Source of the DNA: an uncultured Actinomycetes bacterium
GTDB lineage: Bacteria > Actinomycetota > Thermoleophilia > UBA2241
DNA: 64,000 nt
Assembly (NCBI GenBank): GCA_963767005.1
Contig: CAVYCN010000003.1
Coordinates: forward strand, 393,576 to 457,575
Reading direction: 5' to 3'
Within the stretch, counting starts at the first letter, position 1. The number at the start of each line of letters is the position of its first letter. A program made the translations under genes and the position numbers. The notes beneath the pieces were generated by a model. That model worked only from the letters and a program-made list of their open reading frames with translations. It did no database searches and was not told where the DNA came from. Below, one piece after another: positions 50,834 through 60,631 of the stretch.

Positions 50834-51867
50834 CCGCGACGCCGCGTCTGTTCGTGACCGACTGTGAGGGTCCCCTCACGCGCAACGACAACGCCATGGA
50901 GGTCTGCGCCGCCTACCTGCCCGACGGGGCCGAGCTGTACGCCCGCCTGTCGCGCTACGACGACTTCCTCGCCGACATCGTCCACCGGCCCGGCTACAAC
51001 GCCGGCGACACGCTGCGACTGATCGTACCGTTCCTGCTCGCCTACGGCGTGACCGACCGCGACATCGAGGACTACAGCGCCGACACCGTGCTCGTCGTGC
51101 CGGGCGCCCGCGACCTGCTGGCCGACGTCGCCGCGGCGCTGCCCGCCTACATCATCTCGACCTCGTATTCGCCCTACATCAGGGCGCTCTGCCGCGTCAC
51201 CGGCTTTCCGTTCGCGCAGTGCCGCTGCACGACGATCGATCTCGACGCCTGGCACCTCACCCGCGACGAGTGCGAGTGGCTGCGCGACCGCGCCGAATCC
51301 GTCCTCGAGCACCCGGTGATCGAGCTGCCCGACGAGGCCCGGTCGGTCGACGACCTGTCGCCCGCCGACCGCGCCGCCGTCGCCGAGCTCGACCGGCTCT
51401 TCTGGGTCGACATGGCCGCGGCCGGCCGGCGCAGCGCCGACGTCGTCGCCGCGGTGCGGCCGGTCGGCGGCGGCCTCAAGCTCGAGGCGCTCAGCGCCAT
51501 CGCGGCCGGCCGCCGCGTCGAGCTGGCCGACGTCATGTACGTCGGCGACTCGATCACCGACGTGCCGCCCTTCGCGGCCGTGCGCGCCGCCGGCGGCGTG
51601 GCCGTGAGCTTCAACGGCAACCGTTACGCGCTGGCGGCGGCCGAGCTGGCGGTGGCCGCGGCCGACACGCGCCCCACCCGCGAGCTCGCGCTCGCCTTCG
51701 CCGCCGGGGGCCGACAGGCCGTGCTCGACGCCGTGCGACAGTGGCCGCCGACGAGCAAGCCGCTGCCGCGGGCCGGCCTGCTCTCGGAGTCGGCTGCGGC
51801 GCTCTCCCACGCCTCGGCCTACGCGCGTTCGCACGTGCGGGGCGAGCGCGTCGCTCGACTCGGCTGA
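50830..51867 (+). CDS. HAD-like protein, EhaR/COG4030-like
   Basis: FVTDCEGPLTRNDNA, GYNAGDTL, IISTSY, GGGLK, YVGDSITD and SFNGNRYA; family assignment is from recall. Confidence 0.75.
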   Translation: MTATPRLFVTDCEGPLTRNDNAMEVCAAYLPDGAELYARLSRYDDFLADIVHRPGYNAGDTLRLIVPFLLAYGVTDRDIEDYSADTVLVVPGARDLLADVAAALPAYIISTSYSPYIRALCRVTGFPFAQCRCTTIDLDAWHLTRDECEWLRDRAESVLEHPVIELPDEARSVDDLSPADRAAVAELDRLFWVDMAAAGRRSADVVAAVRPVGGGLKLEALSAIAAGRRVELADVMYVGDSITDVPPFAAVRAAGGVAVSFNGNRYALAAAELAVAAADTRPTRELALAFAAGGRQAVLDAVRQWPPTSKPLPRAGLLSESAAALSHASAYARSHVRGERVARLG

Positions 51868-52021
51868 CCGGCAGGCCGGCGGCCGGCGGCCTCGCCCAGA
51901 CTCCCTGGTCGCGACCCTGCCACCGAATTCGGTCGTACGGCGCTTTCGCCAGCAGGCCGTTCACTTGCGAGGCGGCGCCCTATAGACTGTCGGGAGCGAC
52001 GAACGAGCAAGGAGTCGATAC

Positions 52022-53563
52022 GTGAAGGTTAAACGAGCTCTTCTCTCCGTCTTCAACAAAGCCGGTCTCCAAGAGTTCGCACGCGCGCTGGCCGACATGG
52101 GCGTCGAGATCGTCTCGACCGGGGGCACCGCCCGCCTGCTGGCCGACCAGGGTATCCCGGTCACCGAGGTCGCCGACGTCACGCAGTTTCCCGAGATGCT
52201 CGGCGGGCGCGTCAAGACCATGCACCCGCGCATCCACGCCGGCATCCTCGCCCGGCGCGACGACCCCGACCACATGCGTACCCTCGCCGAGCACGACATC
52301 CAGCCCATCGACATGGTCGTGGTCAGCCTCTACCCGTTCGAAGAGGTCGCGGCCCAGCGCGGCGCCGACGAAGCGGCGGTGATCGAGATGATCGACATCG
52401 GCGGCCCCAGCATGATCCGGGCCGCCGCCAAGAACCACGAGAGCGTCGCGGTCGTGACCGAGCCCGACGACTACGCCGCCATCCTCGACGAGCTCAAGGC
52501 AAGCGGCGGCGAGCTCTCGCCCCTCACCTGCCGCCACCTCGCCACGAAGGCCTTTCACAAGACGGCGCACTACGACTTCGTCATCGCCAACTGGTTCTCC
52601 GAGACCGAGGGCGACTTTCCGAGTCACATCCTGCGCGACTACGAGAAGGTCATGGAGCTGTCCTACGGCGAGAACCCGCACCAGCGGGCGGCCTACTACG
52701 CCGAAAGCGGCGCGCGCCGCCACCTGCTGTCGCGCGTCACCCAGCTCCACGGCAAGAAGCTCTCGTTCAACAACCTCTACGACCTGCACGCCGCGCGCGC
52801 CCTCGCCAGCGAGTTCGCCCTGCCGGCCTGCGTCATCATCAAGCACAACAACCCCTGCGGCTCGGCGCTCGCCGAGACGCTCGAGCGCGCCTACGTCAAG
52901 GCGCTCGCCTGCGACCCGGTGTCGGCCTTTGGCTCCGTGATCGCGGTCAACCGCCCGGTCGACCTGGCCACCGCGCAGCGCATGTCCGAGCTGTTCGTCG
53001 AGGTCGTCTTCGCGCCGTCCTACGACGACGACGCCCTCGAGCTGCTCGCCCGCAAGGCCGACATCCGCATCCTGGTCGACAACGAGCGCCGCAAGAACAA
53101 CCCCGGCGAGATGGACTACAAGCGCGTGCTGGGCGGCGTGCTCGTGCAGGACCGCGACGCCGACCTCGAGGACCGCGAGTCCATGGAGGTCGTGAGCGAG
53201 CGTCACCCGACCGAGGCCGAGTGGGGCGACCTCATCTTCGCGAGCAGGGTGGCCAAGCACGTCAAGTCGAACGCCATCGTCATCGCCAAGGACCTCGCCA
53301 CTCTGGGCGTCGGCGCCGGCCAGATGAGCCGCGTCGACTCGACGCGCATCGCCCTCGAGAAGGCGCACGGCGACCTCAAGGGCGCGGTGATCGGCTCCGA
53401 CGCGTTCTTCCCCTTCCCCGACGCCGTCGAGCTCGCCATCGACAACGGCATCACCGCCTTCATGCAGCCGGGCGGCTCCAAGCGCGACGACCTCGCGGTG
53501 AGGCTCTGCGACGAACGAGGCGCGGCGATGGTCTTCTCGCGCCGCCGCCACTTCCTTCATTAG
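52022..53563 (+). CDS. purH: AICAR transformylase/IMP cyclohydrolase
   Basis: RALLSV, STGGT, GRVKTMHP, IDIGGP, YGENPHQ, KHNNPCG, SDAFFPF and QPGGS. Confidence 0.98.
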   Translation: MKVKRALLSVFNKAGLQEFARALADMGVEIVSTGGTARLLADQGIPVTEVADVTQFPEMLGGRVKTMHPRIHAGILARRDDPDHMRTLAEHDIQPIDMVVVSLYPFEEVAAQRGADEAAVIEMIDIGGPSMIRAAAKNHESVAVVTEPDDYAAILDELKASGGELSPLTCRHLATKAFHKTAHYDFVIANWFSETEGDFPSHILRDYEKVMELSYGENPHQRAAYYAESGARRHLLSRVTQLHGKKLSFNNLYDLHAARALASEFALPACVIIKHNNPCGSALAETLERAYVKALACDPVSAFGSVIAVNRPVDLATAQRMSELFVEVVFAPSYDDDALELLARKADIRILVDNERRKNNPGEMDYKRVLGGVLVQDRDADLEDRESMEVVSERHPTEAEWGDLIFASRVAKHVKSNAIVIAKDLATLGVGAGQMSRVDSTRIALEKAHGDLKGAVIGSDAFFPFPDAVELAIDNGITAFMQPGGSKRDDLAVRLCDERGAAMVFSRRRHFLH

Positions 53564-53572
53564 CGGCGCCAG

Positions 53573-54820
53573 GTGAACCCGGCGTCCGGCGACGGCGCAC
53601 GCCAGACCGGGCGGCCGGCCTACGACCGCGTCGTCCTCGGCGACGACGCCCTGCGCCTGCGCCCCTGGCGGACCACCGAGGCGCCGGTCATGGCGGCGGC
53701 CTGCGCCGACCCCGACATCGCCCGCTTCTGCATGATGCCGGCCGGCTACACGGTCGCCCTCGCTCGCGACTTCATCGCCGACGCGCCACGGGCCTGGTCC
53801 GAGGACGGCTGGCTCCACCTGGCGCTGGCCAGCGGAGCCGACGACCGCGTGGTCGGCGCCGTCGGCCTGCTGAGCGGCCTGGCCGAGGATGCGAAGGCCG
53901 ACCTGGGCTACTGGGTCGTGCCCGACGCTCGCGGTCGCGGTCTGGCGCGCGCCGGCGTGGGGCTCATGACGGACTGGGCGTTCGCGTCGCTCGGCCTGCA
54001 CCGCCTGGCGATCGGCACCATGGTCGGCAACGACCCCTCTCGGCGCGTCGCCCGCGGTCTCGGCTTTCGCCCCGAGGCGCTGCTACGCAGCGACCGGCCG
54101 CTCGACGGCAGGCGCACCGACTGCGTGCTCTACTCGCTGCTCGACGACGCGTGGCGCGCGGGTGCGGGCGGCGGCGAGGGCCGGCCGGCGGCCGCACTAC
54201 CCGACGAGGCGCTCCTACCGGCCCTCGCCGCCGCCCGCACCGACTACCCCGCCGTCGCGCCGGCGCTGCCCGTCGCCCCGCCGCCCCTCGGCGACGGTGC
54301 CATCACCCTGCGGCCCTACCGCGACGCTGATGTGCCCGACATGGTGCGCGCCTGCAGCGATCCCGAGACGCAGCGCTGGCTCCCGGTGCTGCCCACGCCC
54401 TACACCGACGCCGACGCGCGCGAGTTCCAGGCGCGCGCCGCGACCGCCTGGCAGCAGCGCGGCGCCGCCCTGCTGTGCATCGCCGACGCCGCCAGCGACC
54501 GGCTGCTGGGGGGCGTCGGCCTGCACGGCGACGAGATGTGGGCCGCCGTGGCCGAGATCGGCTATCACGTGGCACCGTGGGCGCGCCGCCGGGGCGTCGC
54601 CACGGCGGCGGCGCGCCTCGTCGCCCAGTGGGCGCTCGACGTGATAGGGCTGGGCCGTGTGCAGATCCTGGCCGACATGCGCAACCGCGCGTCGCGCGGC
54701 GTAGCCGAAAAGCTGGGCTTCACCTACGAGGGCGTGCGGCGCCGCGATCACGGCCGCCCGGGCGACGTCGGCGACTACGCCGTCTACTCGCTGCTGCCGG
54801 GCGACCCGCGCCCCTGGTAG
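53573..54820 (+). CDS. Tandem RimJ/RimL-type GNAT acetyltransferase
   Basis: Two repeats: LRP...GYW..PDARGRG...N..S.RVA..LGF and LRP...GYH..PWARRRG...NRAS..VAEKLGF. Confidence 0.88.
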   Translation: MNPASGDGARQTGRPAYDRVVLGDDALRLRPWRTTEAPVMAAACADPDIARFCMMPAGYTVALARDFIADAPRAWSEDGWLHLALASGADDRVVGAVGLLSGLAEDAKADLGYWVVPDARGRGLARAGVGLMTDWAFASLGLHRLAIGTMVGNDPSRRVARGLGFRPEALLRSDRPLDGRRTDCVLYSLLDDAWRAGAGGGEGRPAAALPDEALLPALAAARTDYPAVAPALPVAPPPLGDGAITLRPYRDADVPDMVRACSDPETQRWLPVLPTPYTDADAREFQARAATAWQQRGAALLCIADAASDRLLGGVGLHGDEMWAAVAEIGYHVAPWARRRGVATAAARLVAQWALDVIGLGRVQILADMRNRASRGVAEKLGFTYEGVRRRDHGRPGDVGDYAVYSLLPGDPRPW

Positions 54821-54945
54821 GGCCTGTCACAGCGCCGAGTCGACGCGGCCGGGCGTCCGGCGTGTCGTCGACGACCCGGGCGTCCGGCGCGCCCGCACAC
54901 GCAGCCGACGCTCGCCGCTGCGCCGGTGATACAATCCCCGGACTC

Positions 54946-55021
54946 GGGCCGCTAGCTCAGTTGGTAGAGCACCTGACTTTTAATCAGGGAGTCCTGGGTT
55001 CGAGTCCCAGGCGGCCCACCA
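54946..55021 (+). tRNA. tRNA-Lys (anticodon TTT)
   Basis: Acceptor GGGCCGC/GCGGCCC, anticodon arm CCTGA-CTTTTAA-TCAGG, T-loop TTCGAGT and encoded CCA; TACAAT at 54930. Confidence 0.97.
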
Positions 55022-55360
55022 GAAAGCGCCTCTACGCAGCGCTTCTTGCTGCTGACTCCAGACCTGCGACGGCGCCTGCCGACGCGATGCCGACGGTTAT
55101 GCTGCAATATAGTGCAGTAAATCGACCCCCTGCCGACCAGCGAAGTGGTCAAGATGCAGGGCTTTTGGCTCGCCGAAGGGGCGCTGAAGGGCGATTTCTC
55201 TGCAGCATAACGGCCCTTTTGGACGCCAACTGACACCATCTGGTCGCGTTTCGCTGCGAATCGGGCGCGCAACGGCAGCAAGACCGCGCTCCGTCACCGA
55301 CACCTGCAGCGTCCTCACGGTCTTCTCCCGACGCGTGGCCGAGCGGAGGCCGAGCACGCG

Positions 55361-55372
55361 AGGCGGCCCACC
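55361..55372 (+). repeat. 12-bp copy of the tRNA-Lys 3' end (att-like)
   Basis: AGGCGGCCCACC is identical to 55009-55020. Confidence 0.65.
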
Positions 55373-55543
55373 GCCACCTCTGCAAGCGATGTTCTTGTCT
55401 GCTCCACGTCGACCACGGTATCCGGTCGCCCCCTCAGATGAAAGCGGAGATGCGAACAAGCCAGGAACGGTCGGCGGGAGCACCGCCATGCACGCCGCGC
55501 CGGCCGCGGTCGGCCCACGACGTTGACGGGCGCGGACGCGGAG

Positions 55544-56821
55544 CTACCCCGCGGTGCCGCCGTTCAGGAACATCACGCCGGTCGCGGCCCCGGACTGGAC
55601 GAGCACATCAGGCTTGCCGTCGCCGTTGAAGTCGCCCGAGACGAATGCCTGCGGCGCGCTGAACGGTCCGCTGAACGTAAGCGGCGCCTGGAAGCTGCCG
55701 TCGCCGTCGCCGAGCATCACCTCAAGGCCACCGGGGGCGCCGATCGCCAGGTCGAGGTTGCCGTCGCGGTTGAAGTCTGCGGCCGCCAGCGGCGGGTTGT
55801 CGGCCTGCGGCAGCAGGTCGTAGTCGGCCAGTTTGGCAAACCCACCGTGGCCGTTGCTCCGCGAGACGGTCAGCACGGTGTAGTCCGGGCCGCCGTAGTC
55901 GACCCCGTCGGCCTCGTACTGGGCGATCAGGTCCTGCGTGCCGTCGTGGGCCAGGTCAGCCAACACCACCCTGTCGGGCAGCAGCTCGCCGCTGTCTGTC
56001 GTGCTCACCGAGCGGAACGTGCCGTTGCCGCGGCCCAGGGCGACGCAGAGCAGACCATCAGGGTTGTTCTGGCTGACATAGCCGCCGGCGACCACATCGA
56101 TCCTGCCGTCGCCGTTGATGTCGGCCAAGGCCAGCGTGGTCAGGGGGCCCAGGTTTCCGTCCTTGTCCTGACCGTCGGCGTTGGATATCCGCTCACGGCC
56201 GAAGGCGCCGTGGCCATCGCCGAGCAGCACGACGAGCTTGGTGCCGGCCGCCGCCAGGATGTCGGGGCGGTGGTCACCGTTTAGGTCGCGCACCGCCAGT
56301 GCCGAGGGGAAGCCACCGAGGGCGAACGAGCCGAGGTCGTAGCGGTGGGCCAGGCGGAAGCCGCCATGGCCCGTGTTGAGAAGCACCGCGACCTCCACGT
56401 GGAACCGGCCCTTCACGAGGAGACTCGCCAGCACGACGAGGTCGGGCCGACCGCCGCGGTCGAGCTTGGCGGCGACGATCGCGTGAACGTAGGCTTCCGA
56501 CCAGCCGGGCAGGCCGATGACGTGCTCGGTGCCGAGGCTGCCGCCCTTCGTGCCGAAGCGGACCACGACCTTCGACCCCAGGGCGATCGCGAGGTCGCTG
56601 CGGCCGTCGCCGTTGAAGTCGCCGACCGCCATGGGCCCGCTCCTGCCGGCCGCCAGCGGCACGCCGGGCAGCACGGTGAAGATAGGCGGAAGTGACGCGG
56701 CGGCGGTGCCGCTTGCGGGCAAGGTGTCGGCGAAGACCTGCGCCGGCAGCGCGAGCGCCGCGCAGGCAGCGATGGCGAGAAGAACCGCGACGAGTGTCGC
56801 GAGTCGAACCGAACGGTCCAC
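55544..56821 (-). CDS. Secreted FG-GAP/VCBS-repeat protein
   Basis: Signal peptide; repeats GDFNGDGRSDL, DLNGDHRPDI, DINGDGRIDV, DFNRDGNLDL and GDFNGDGKPDV. Confidence 0.9.
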   Translation of the reverse strand: MDRSVRLATLVAVLLAIAACAALALPAQVFADTLPASGTAAASLPPIFTVLPGVPLAAGRSGPMAVGDFNGDGRSDLAIALGSKVVVRFGTKGGSLGTEHVIGLPGWSEAYVHAIVAAKLDRGGRPDLVVLASLLVKGRFHVEVAVLLNTGHGGFRLAHRYDLGSFALGGFPSALAVRDLNGDHRPDILAAAGTKLVVLLGDGHGAFGRERISNADGQDKDGNLGPLTTLALADINGDGRIDVVAGGYVSQNNPDGLLCVALGRGNGTFRSVSTTDSGELLPDRVVLADLAHDGTQDLIAQYEADGVDYGGPDYTVLTVSRSNGHGGFAKLADYDLLPQADNPPLAAADFNRDGNLDLAIGAPGGLEVMLGDGDGSFQAPLTFSGPFSAPQAFVSGDFNGDGKPDVLVQSGAATGVMFLNGGTAG

Positions 56822-57011
56822 GGTGGCACCCCCAAGGTCGGCGCTTGTGCCCAGCACAGGGCGAAGTTGCGCTTCTGTGAGCGTCCGTTAGACGCCGGTC
56901 GTAGCCCTTTGTATCGGCCGGAGCCCTGCGACCGCGTCGAGAGCCTCGCGGCGCAGCAAGCCGATTGAGAGCCCGTCCCCAAAGGACACGAGACGCCAGG
57001 GCAGCGTCCGG

Positions 57012-58255
57012 CTAGGGTGAGCCGGGAAGGAGCGCCGCGATGCGCTGGGCCGCCTCGCGGTCGGCTTGGGGCAGGACGTGGGAGTAGACGTCCAAGGTGA
57101 GGGCCACGGTGGAATGGCCCAGCCTGGCCGAGACGATCCTGGGGTTGACGCCGCTCGACAGGGCCAGGGTGGCGTAGCTGTGCCTAAGGCCATGCAGGGG
57201 GATTGTCGGCAACATCGCTGCTCGGCTGTGTTCGCGGAAGGCCTTGCTCACCATCCAGGGCACCAGGGGCCGGCCGTCGGACCGAGCGAAGACGAGATCC
57301 GTCTCGGCCAGACCTCCGCGCCAGTGCCTTTGCTCGTCGGCCTGGCGGGCGGCGTGGAGCCGCAGAGCCTCGAGTGTCGCGGAATCGAGGGCGATCGTGC
57401 GCCGGCTGCGACGGCTCTTCGGTTCGGAGAACTGGGCCACGCCGTCGACCGGAATCCAGGTGCGACGGATGGTCACAGCGCCGGCCTCCATGTCGAGGTC
57501 CTCCCAGGAAAGGCCGGGGTCTCTCCCCTGCGCATGCCGGTCGCCGCCAGCAGACGCCAGAGGGCGAAGAGACGGTCGTGCTCCACTGCGGCGAGGAAGG
57601 CACCGAGCTGCTCGGTGTTCCAGACGCGCAGCTTCTCGTGCTCATCGCCTGTGGCCCTCGGCGGGTCGGCGCAGGCCGCCGGGTTGGTCGAAAGCCGTCC
57701 CCAGCGCACGGCGTCGCGGCAGGCCTTGTGCAAAACGGCGTGCACGCGGCGCACCGAGGAGGCCGACAGGGGACCGCCGCCGTGGACGCGACCGTGTTCT
57801 GAGAGATGGGCGTAGAGGGCGTTGATCGCGCCCGGAGTGAGCTTCTGTAGCTGCAGGGCGCCGAGGCGCGGCAGAATGTGCTCTCTGGTCAGCATGGCAT
57901 ACGAGGAGTAGGTGGTTGGTCGCAGGCTGCCCTTAACCGTGGGCAGCCACTCGCCCAAGAGGAACTGCTTGAGCGTCACCTTGGTGGGCGCCGTGAAGCT
58001 CTGGGTCTCGAGGGCCGCCAGCACCTTGGCGAGGGCGGCCTCGCACTCCCGACGCGTGGCGTAGCCGCCCTTGATCGCGCGACGGCGCTCCTCGGTCTCA
58101 GTGAGCCGACCACCGCACCGCGGACAGGACTCCTTGGGCATGCGCTCCACCCAGAAGCGCCGCTTGCAGAGCTGGCAGCGCTGCGCCGTCGCTGAGCCGA
58201 CATCGACGATGTACTCGAAGCTGTGCTCGCCTCGGCGGCGGATGTGTCCGCGCAT
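57012..58255 (-). pseudogene. Tyrosine integrase with a 1-bp frameshift near 57517
   Basis: GMRRGE is in one frame; GLSWEDLDM...EPKS...HGLRH...LGHS...DVYSH is in another. Restoring one base joins them. Confidence 0.85.
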
Positions 58256-58789
58256 GCTGTACCCCTTGACGCGCGTCTGTTTGTAGCGCGGCGAGCTTCG
58301 CTCTGGAGGGCGCGGCTAGCAACGCCGGTGGAGCACCGAAAGCACCGGCGTCCGGCGAGCGGCGCACCTGATTGGTGCTCCCCGGTCACGTCGGCGCTCA
58401 GCCGGCAAGGGGAGCCATGTGCAGCAGGTTCGCCCTGCGCTCATGATGACGTGTGATGTGCGGTGGCCCCCAGACCCCTTGGTCTGCACTCGTCTGGATG
58501 TCAGGAGTCAGAGTCCCGACGCTTTCTGGGACCGACCGCCTGGGGGGATAGCGACCGCCCCGAAAGCGAACACCCTCCCCGCTCGATGCCTCCCTGCCCG
58601 TGCGGCATGCGATCGTTCCGTACGCGGCAGTCGGCCAATGCCTGCCGACCGACCGGCCCCGAAAGGAAAGCGACCGCACGTATCAAAGACTGCCGATACA
58701 GCCTTGAGCTGCTTCTCGGTGGGCCGTCTCCTGTGACGAGCACTCTCGGTCCTCCCCGTGCCACGGTCAACGCAGGAAAGGAGCGCAGC

Positions 58790-60349
58790 ATGGGCCACGC
58801 GTCTCACCGTTCAGACAGAGGATGGTTCCGTCTGTGCCTTCTTCTCACCGCCACTCTCCTGGCCGCGGCCCTGTTTACGTTCTCGGCCGGTGTGGCTCGT
58901 GCGGCGACCACGGGCAGCATTAGCGGCACGGTCAAAGACCAATCCGGCGACACGCTGGTCGGCATCAGCGTGAGCGTCTACCCCCAAGGCTACTCGGGCG
59001 GGCCGGCCACTGGTACCGCCTCGTCGGCCTCAGACGGCACCTACACGATCGACAATCTCGCAGCCGGCTCCTACTGGGTCGAGTTCTACGATGCGACCGG
59101 CACCTACGCATCGCAGATCTACAACGACCACAATCTCGGCTCCGGCTCGATGGACTATGTGACAGTGACGGCCGGCAGCACCACGAGCGACATCGACGCA
59201 GCCCTGCAGATCGCCGGCAAGATCAGCGGTACCGTGACCGACCCCAACGGCATCCCGCTGACCACCGTCTGGGCCTGTGTCTACGTGGACGGCGCCGGCG
59301 GTTACTTCGCCAACGCCCCCGCTGGCGTCGACGGCACCTACACGATCGGCGGGCTGGCGCCCGGTTCCTACAACGTCGAGTTCATCGACTTCGCTGACAA
59401 CTACGCCTCGCAATGGTACGACGGTCAGGCCGATCAGTCGGGGGCCGCCGTCATCACGGTGAGCGGCGGTCGCACCACCTCCGCCATCGATGCCGTCATG
59501 CAGCCCGATCCGGGCGCCGTGATCGGCCCGATGAACGCGGTCCTGCCCGCGGTGAGCGGCACCGCCGCCCCGGGCCAGACCCTCTCCTGCTCAAGCGGCA
59601 CCTGGAGCGGCCAACCTGTACCGACGTATACCTACCAGTGGTTGCGCGACGGCGAGGCGATCAGCGAGGCGACCAGCGCCGACTACCAGGTGCAAGAAGG
59701 CGACTGCGGCCACACCCTCTCCTGTCAGGTCACGGCCACAAACGACGGCGGCTCGGCAATCGCCGCCAGCAACAGCGTGGACGTCCCCTTGGCGCCCCGG
59801 ATCACAATTGCTCCGCAGATCTCCGGGACGCCGGCGCTGGGCGACACGCTCTCCTGTACGAGCGGCACCTGGGAGGCAAGCCCGAGTGCCACCTACGCCT
59901 ATCAGTGGCTGCGCAACGGCCAGGTCCTCGCCGGCGCCGTTAACGACAGCTACCTGGTACGGCGCGCCGACTGCGGCCAGAAGCTCTCTTGCCAGGTGAC
60001 GGCCACCAACAGCGTCGGTCACAACGTCGCCGGCAGCGGGACGGACAGTGTGCGCGCGGCTCCCCTCCTCAAACTGGCAGCCTCCCGTCGTGTGGTCACC
60101 GCCGGCGCGCTCGTCTCGATCCGCGGCACGGTGAGGCACTCGCTTGCCGGAGCCAGGAAAGTCTGCATCTGCCGGCGGCTCTCCGGCCGGCTCATCATCC
60201 TGCGTCGCCTCACGCTGACCGGCTCTGGAGTCTTCCGTTGCACCTGGAGCTCCCACCGCGGCGGCCTGTGGCGCTTCGTCGCCCGCTACACGGTTGCCGG
60301 CTACACCTTCACGAGCAAGGCCGTGAGCGTCGTCGTGCGCAAGAAGTAA
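58790..60349 (+). CDS. Secreted surface protein with carboxypeptidase-regulatory-like and Ig-like repeats
   Basis: AAAGGAG RBS and signal peptide (ARA|A); two ISGTV.D..G...GTYTI..L..GSY.VEF repeats and two G.TLSC.SGTW...YQWLR.G repeats. Confidence 0.85.
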   Translation: MGHASHRSDRGWFRLCLLLTATLLAAALFTFSAGVARAATTGSISGTVKDQSGDTLVGISVSVYPQGYSGGPATGTASSASDGTYTIDNLAAGSYWVEFYDATGTYASQIYNDHNLGSGSMDYVTVTAGSTTSDIDAALQIAGKISGTVTDPNGIPLTTVWACVYVDGAGGYFANAPAGVDGTYTIGGLAPGSYNVEFIDFADNYASQWYDGQADQSGAAVITVSGGRTTSAIDAVMQPDPGAVIGPMNAVLPAVSGTAAPGQTLSCSSGTWSGQPVPTYTYQWLRDGEAISEATSADYQVQEGDCGHTLSCQVTATNDGGSAIAASNSVDVPLAPRITIAPQISGTPALGDTLSCTSGTWEASPSATYAYQWLRNGQVLAGAVNDSYLVRRADCGQKLSCQVTATNSVGHNVAGSGTDSVRAAPLLKLAASRRVVTAGALVSIRGTVRHSLAGARKVCICRRLSGRLIILRRLTLTGSGVFRCTWSSHRGGLWRFVARYTVAGYTFTSKAVSVVVRKK

Positions 60350-60631
60350 GCACACACGGCCGGGGACGCAGAGGGTAGGGTGGCGGTCGCCGTCTGGCAT
60401 GCGCGGCGGCGCTTCGCCTGCTGGGTGCCGTCCGGTCCAGCTGAGCGGGCTGGATTGACGACCTTGCCGGCGGCTTGGGGTCGGCCCGGTCGATCTGAGC
60501 AGCGCTAATGCCAGGCGTACGTGTCCGGCGGTGATGTGTCTCGTGTGCTACAGTCGAGGTCAGCGACGCCAGGCGCTCGGCCGTGGTCCGGACCGTCGCC
60601 CCTTGACCTACCGTTGCCGACAGCGGCTGGG

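Noticed and set aside
51868-52021. Riboswitch upstream of purH
   Set aside because: A TAGACT -10 at about 51983 leaves only a ~27-nt leader, and no consensus match is visible.
54839-54890. Short imperfect tandem duplication (GTCGACG...CCGGGCGTCCGGCG) before the tRNA
   Set aside because: Only two copies with no spacer pattern; probably local slippage.
56911-58699. GCCGATAC as sigma28 promoters before island genes (also GCCGATAG at 38167)
   Set aside because: No matching -35 at the right spacing, and the word is common at this GC content.
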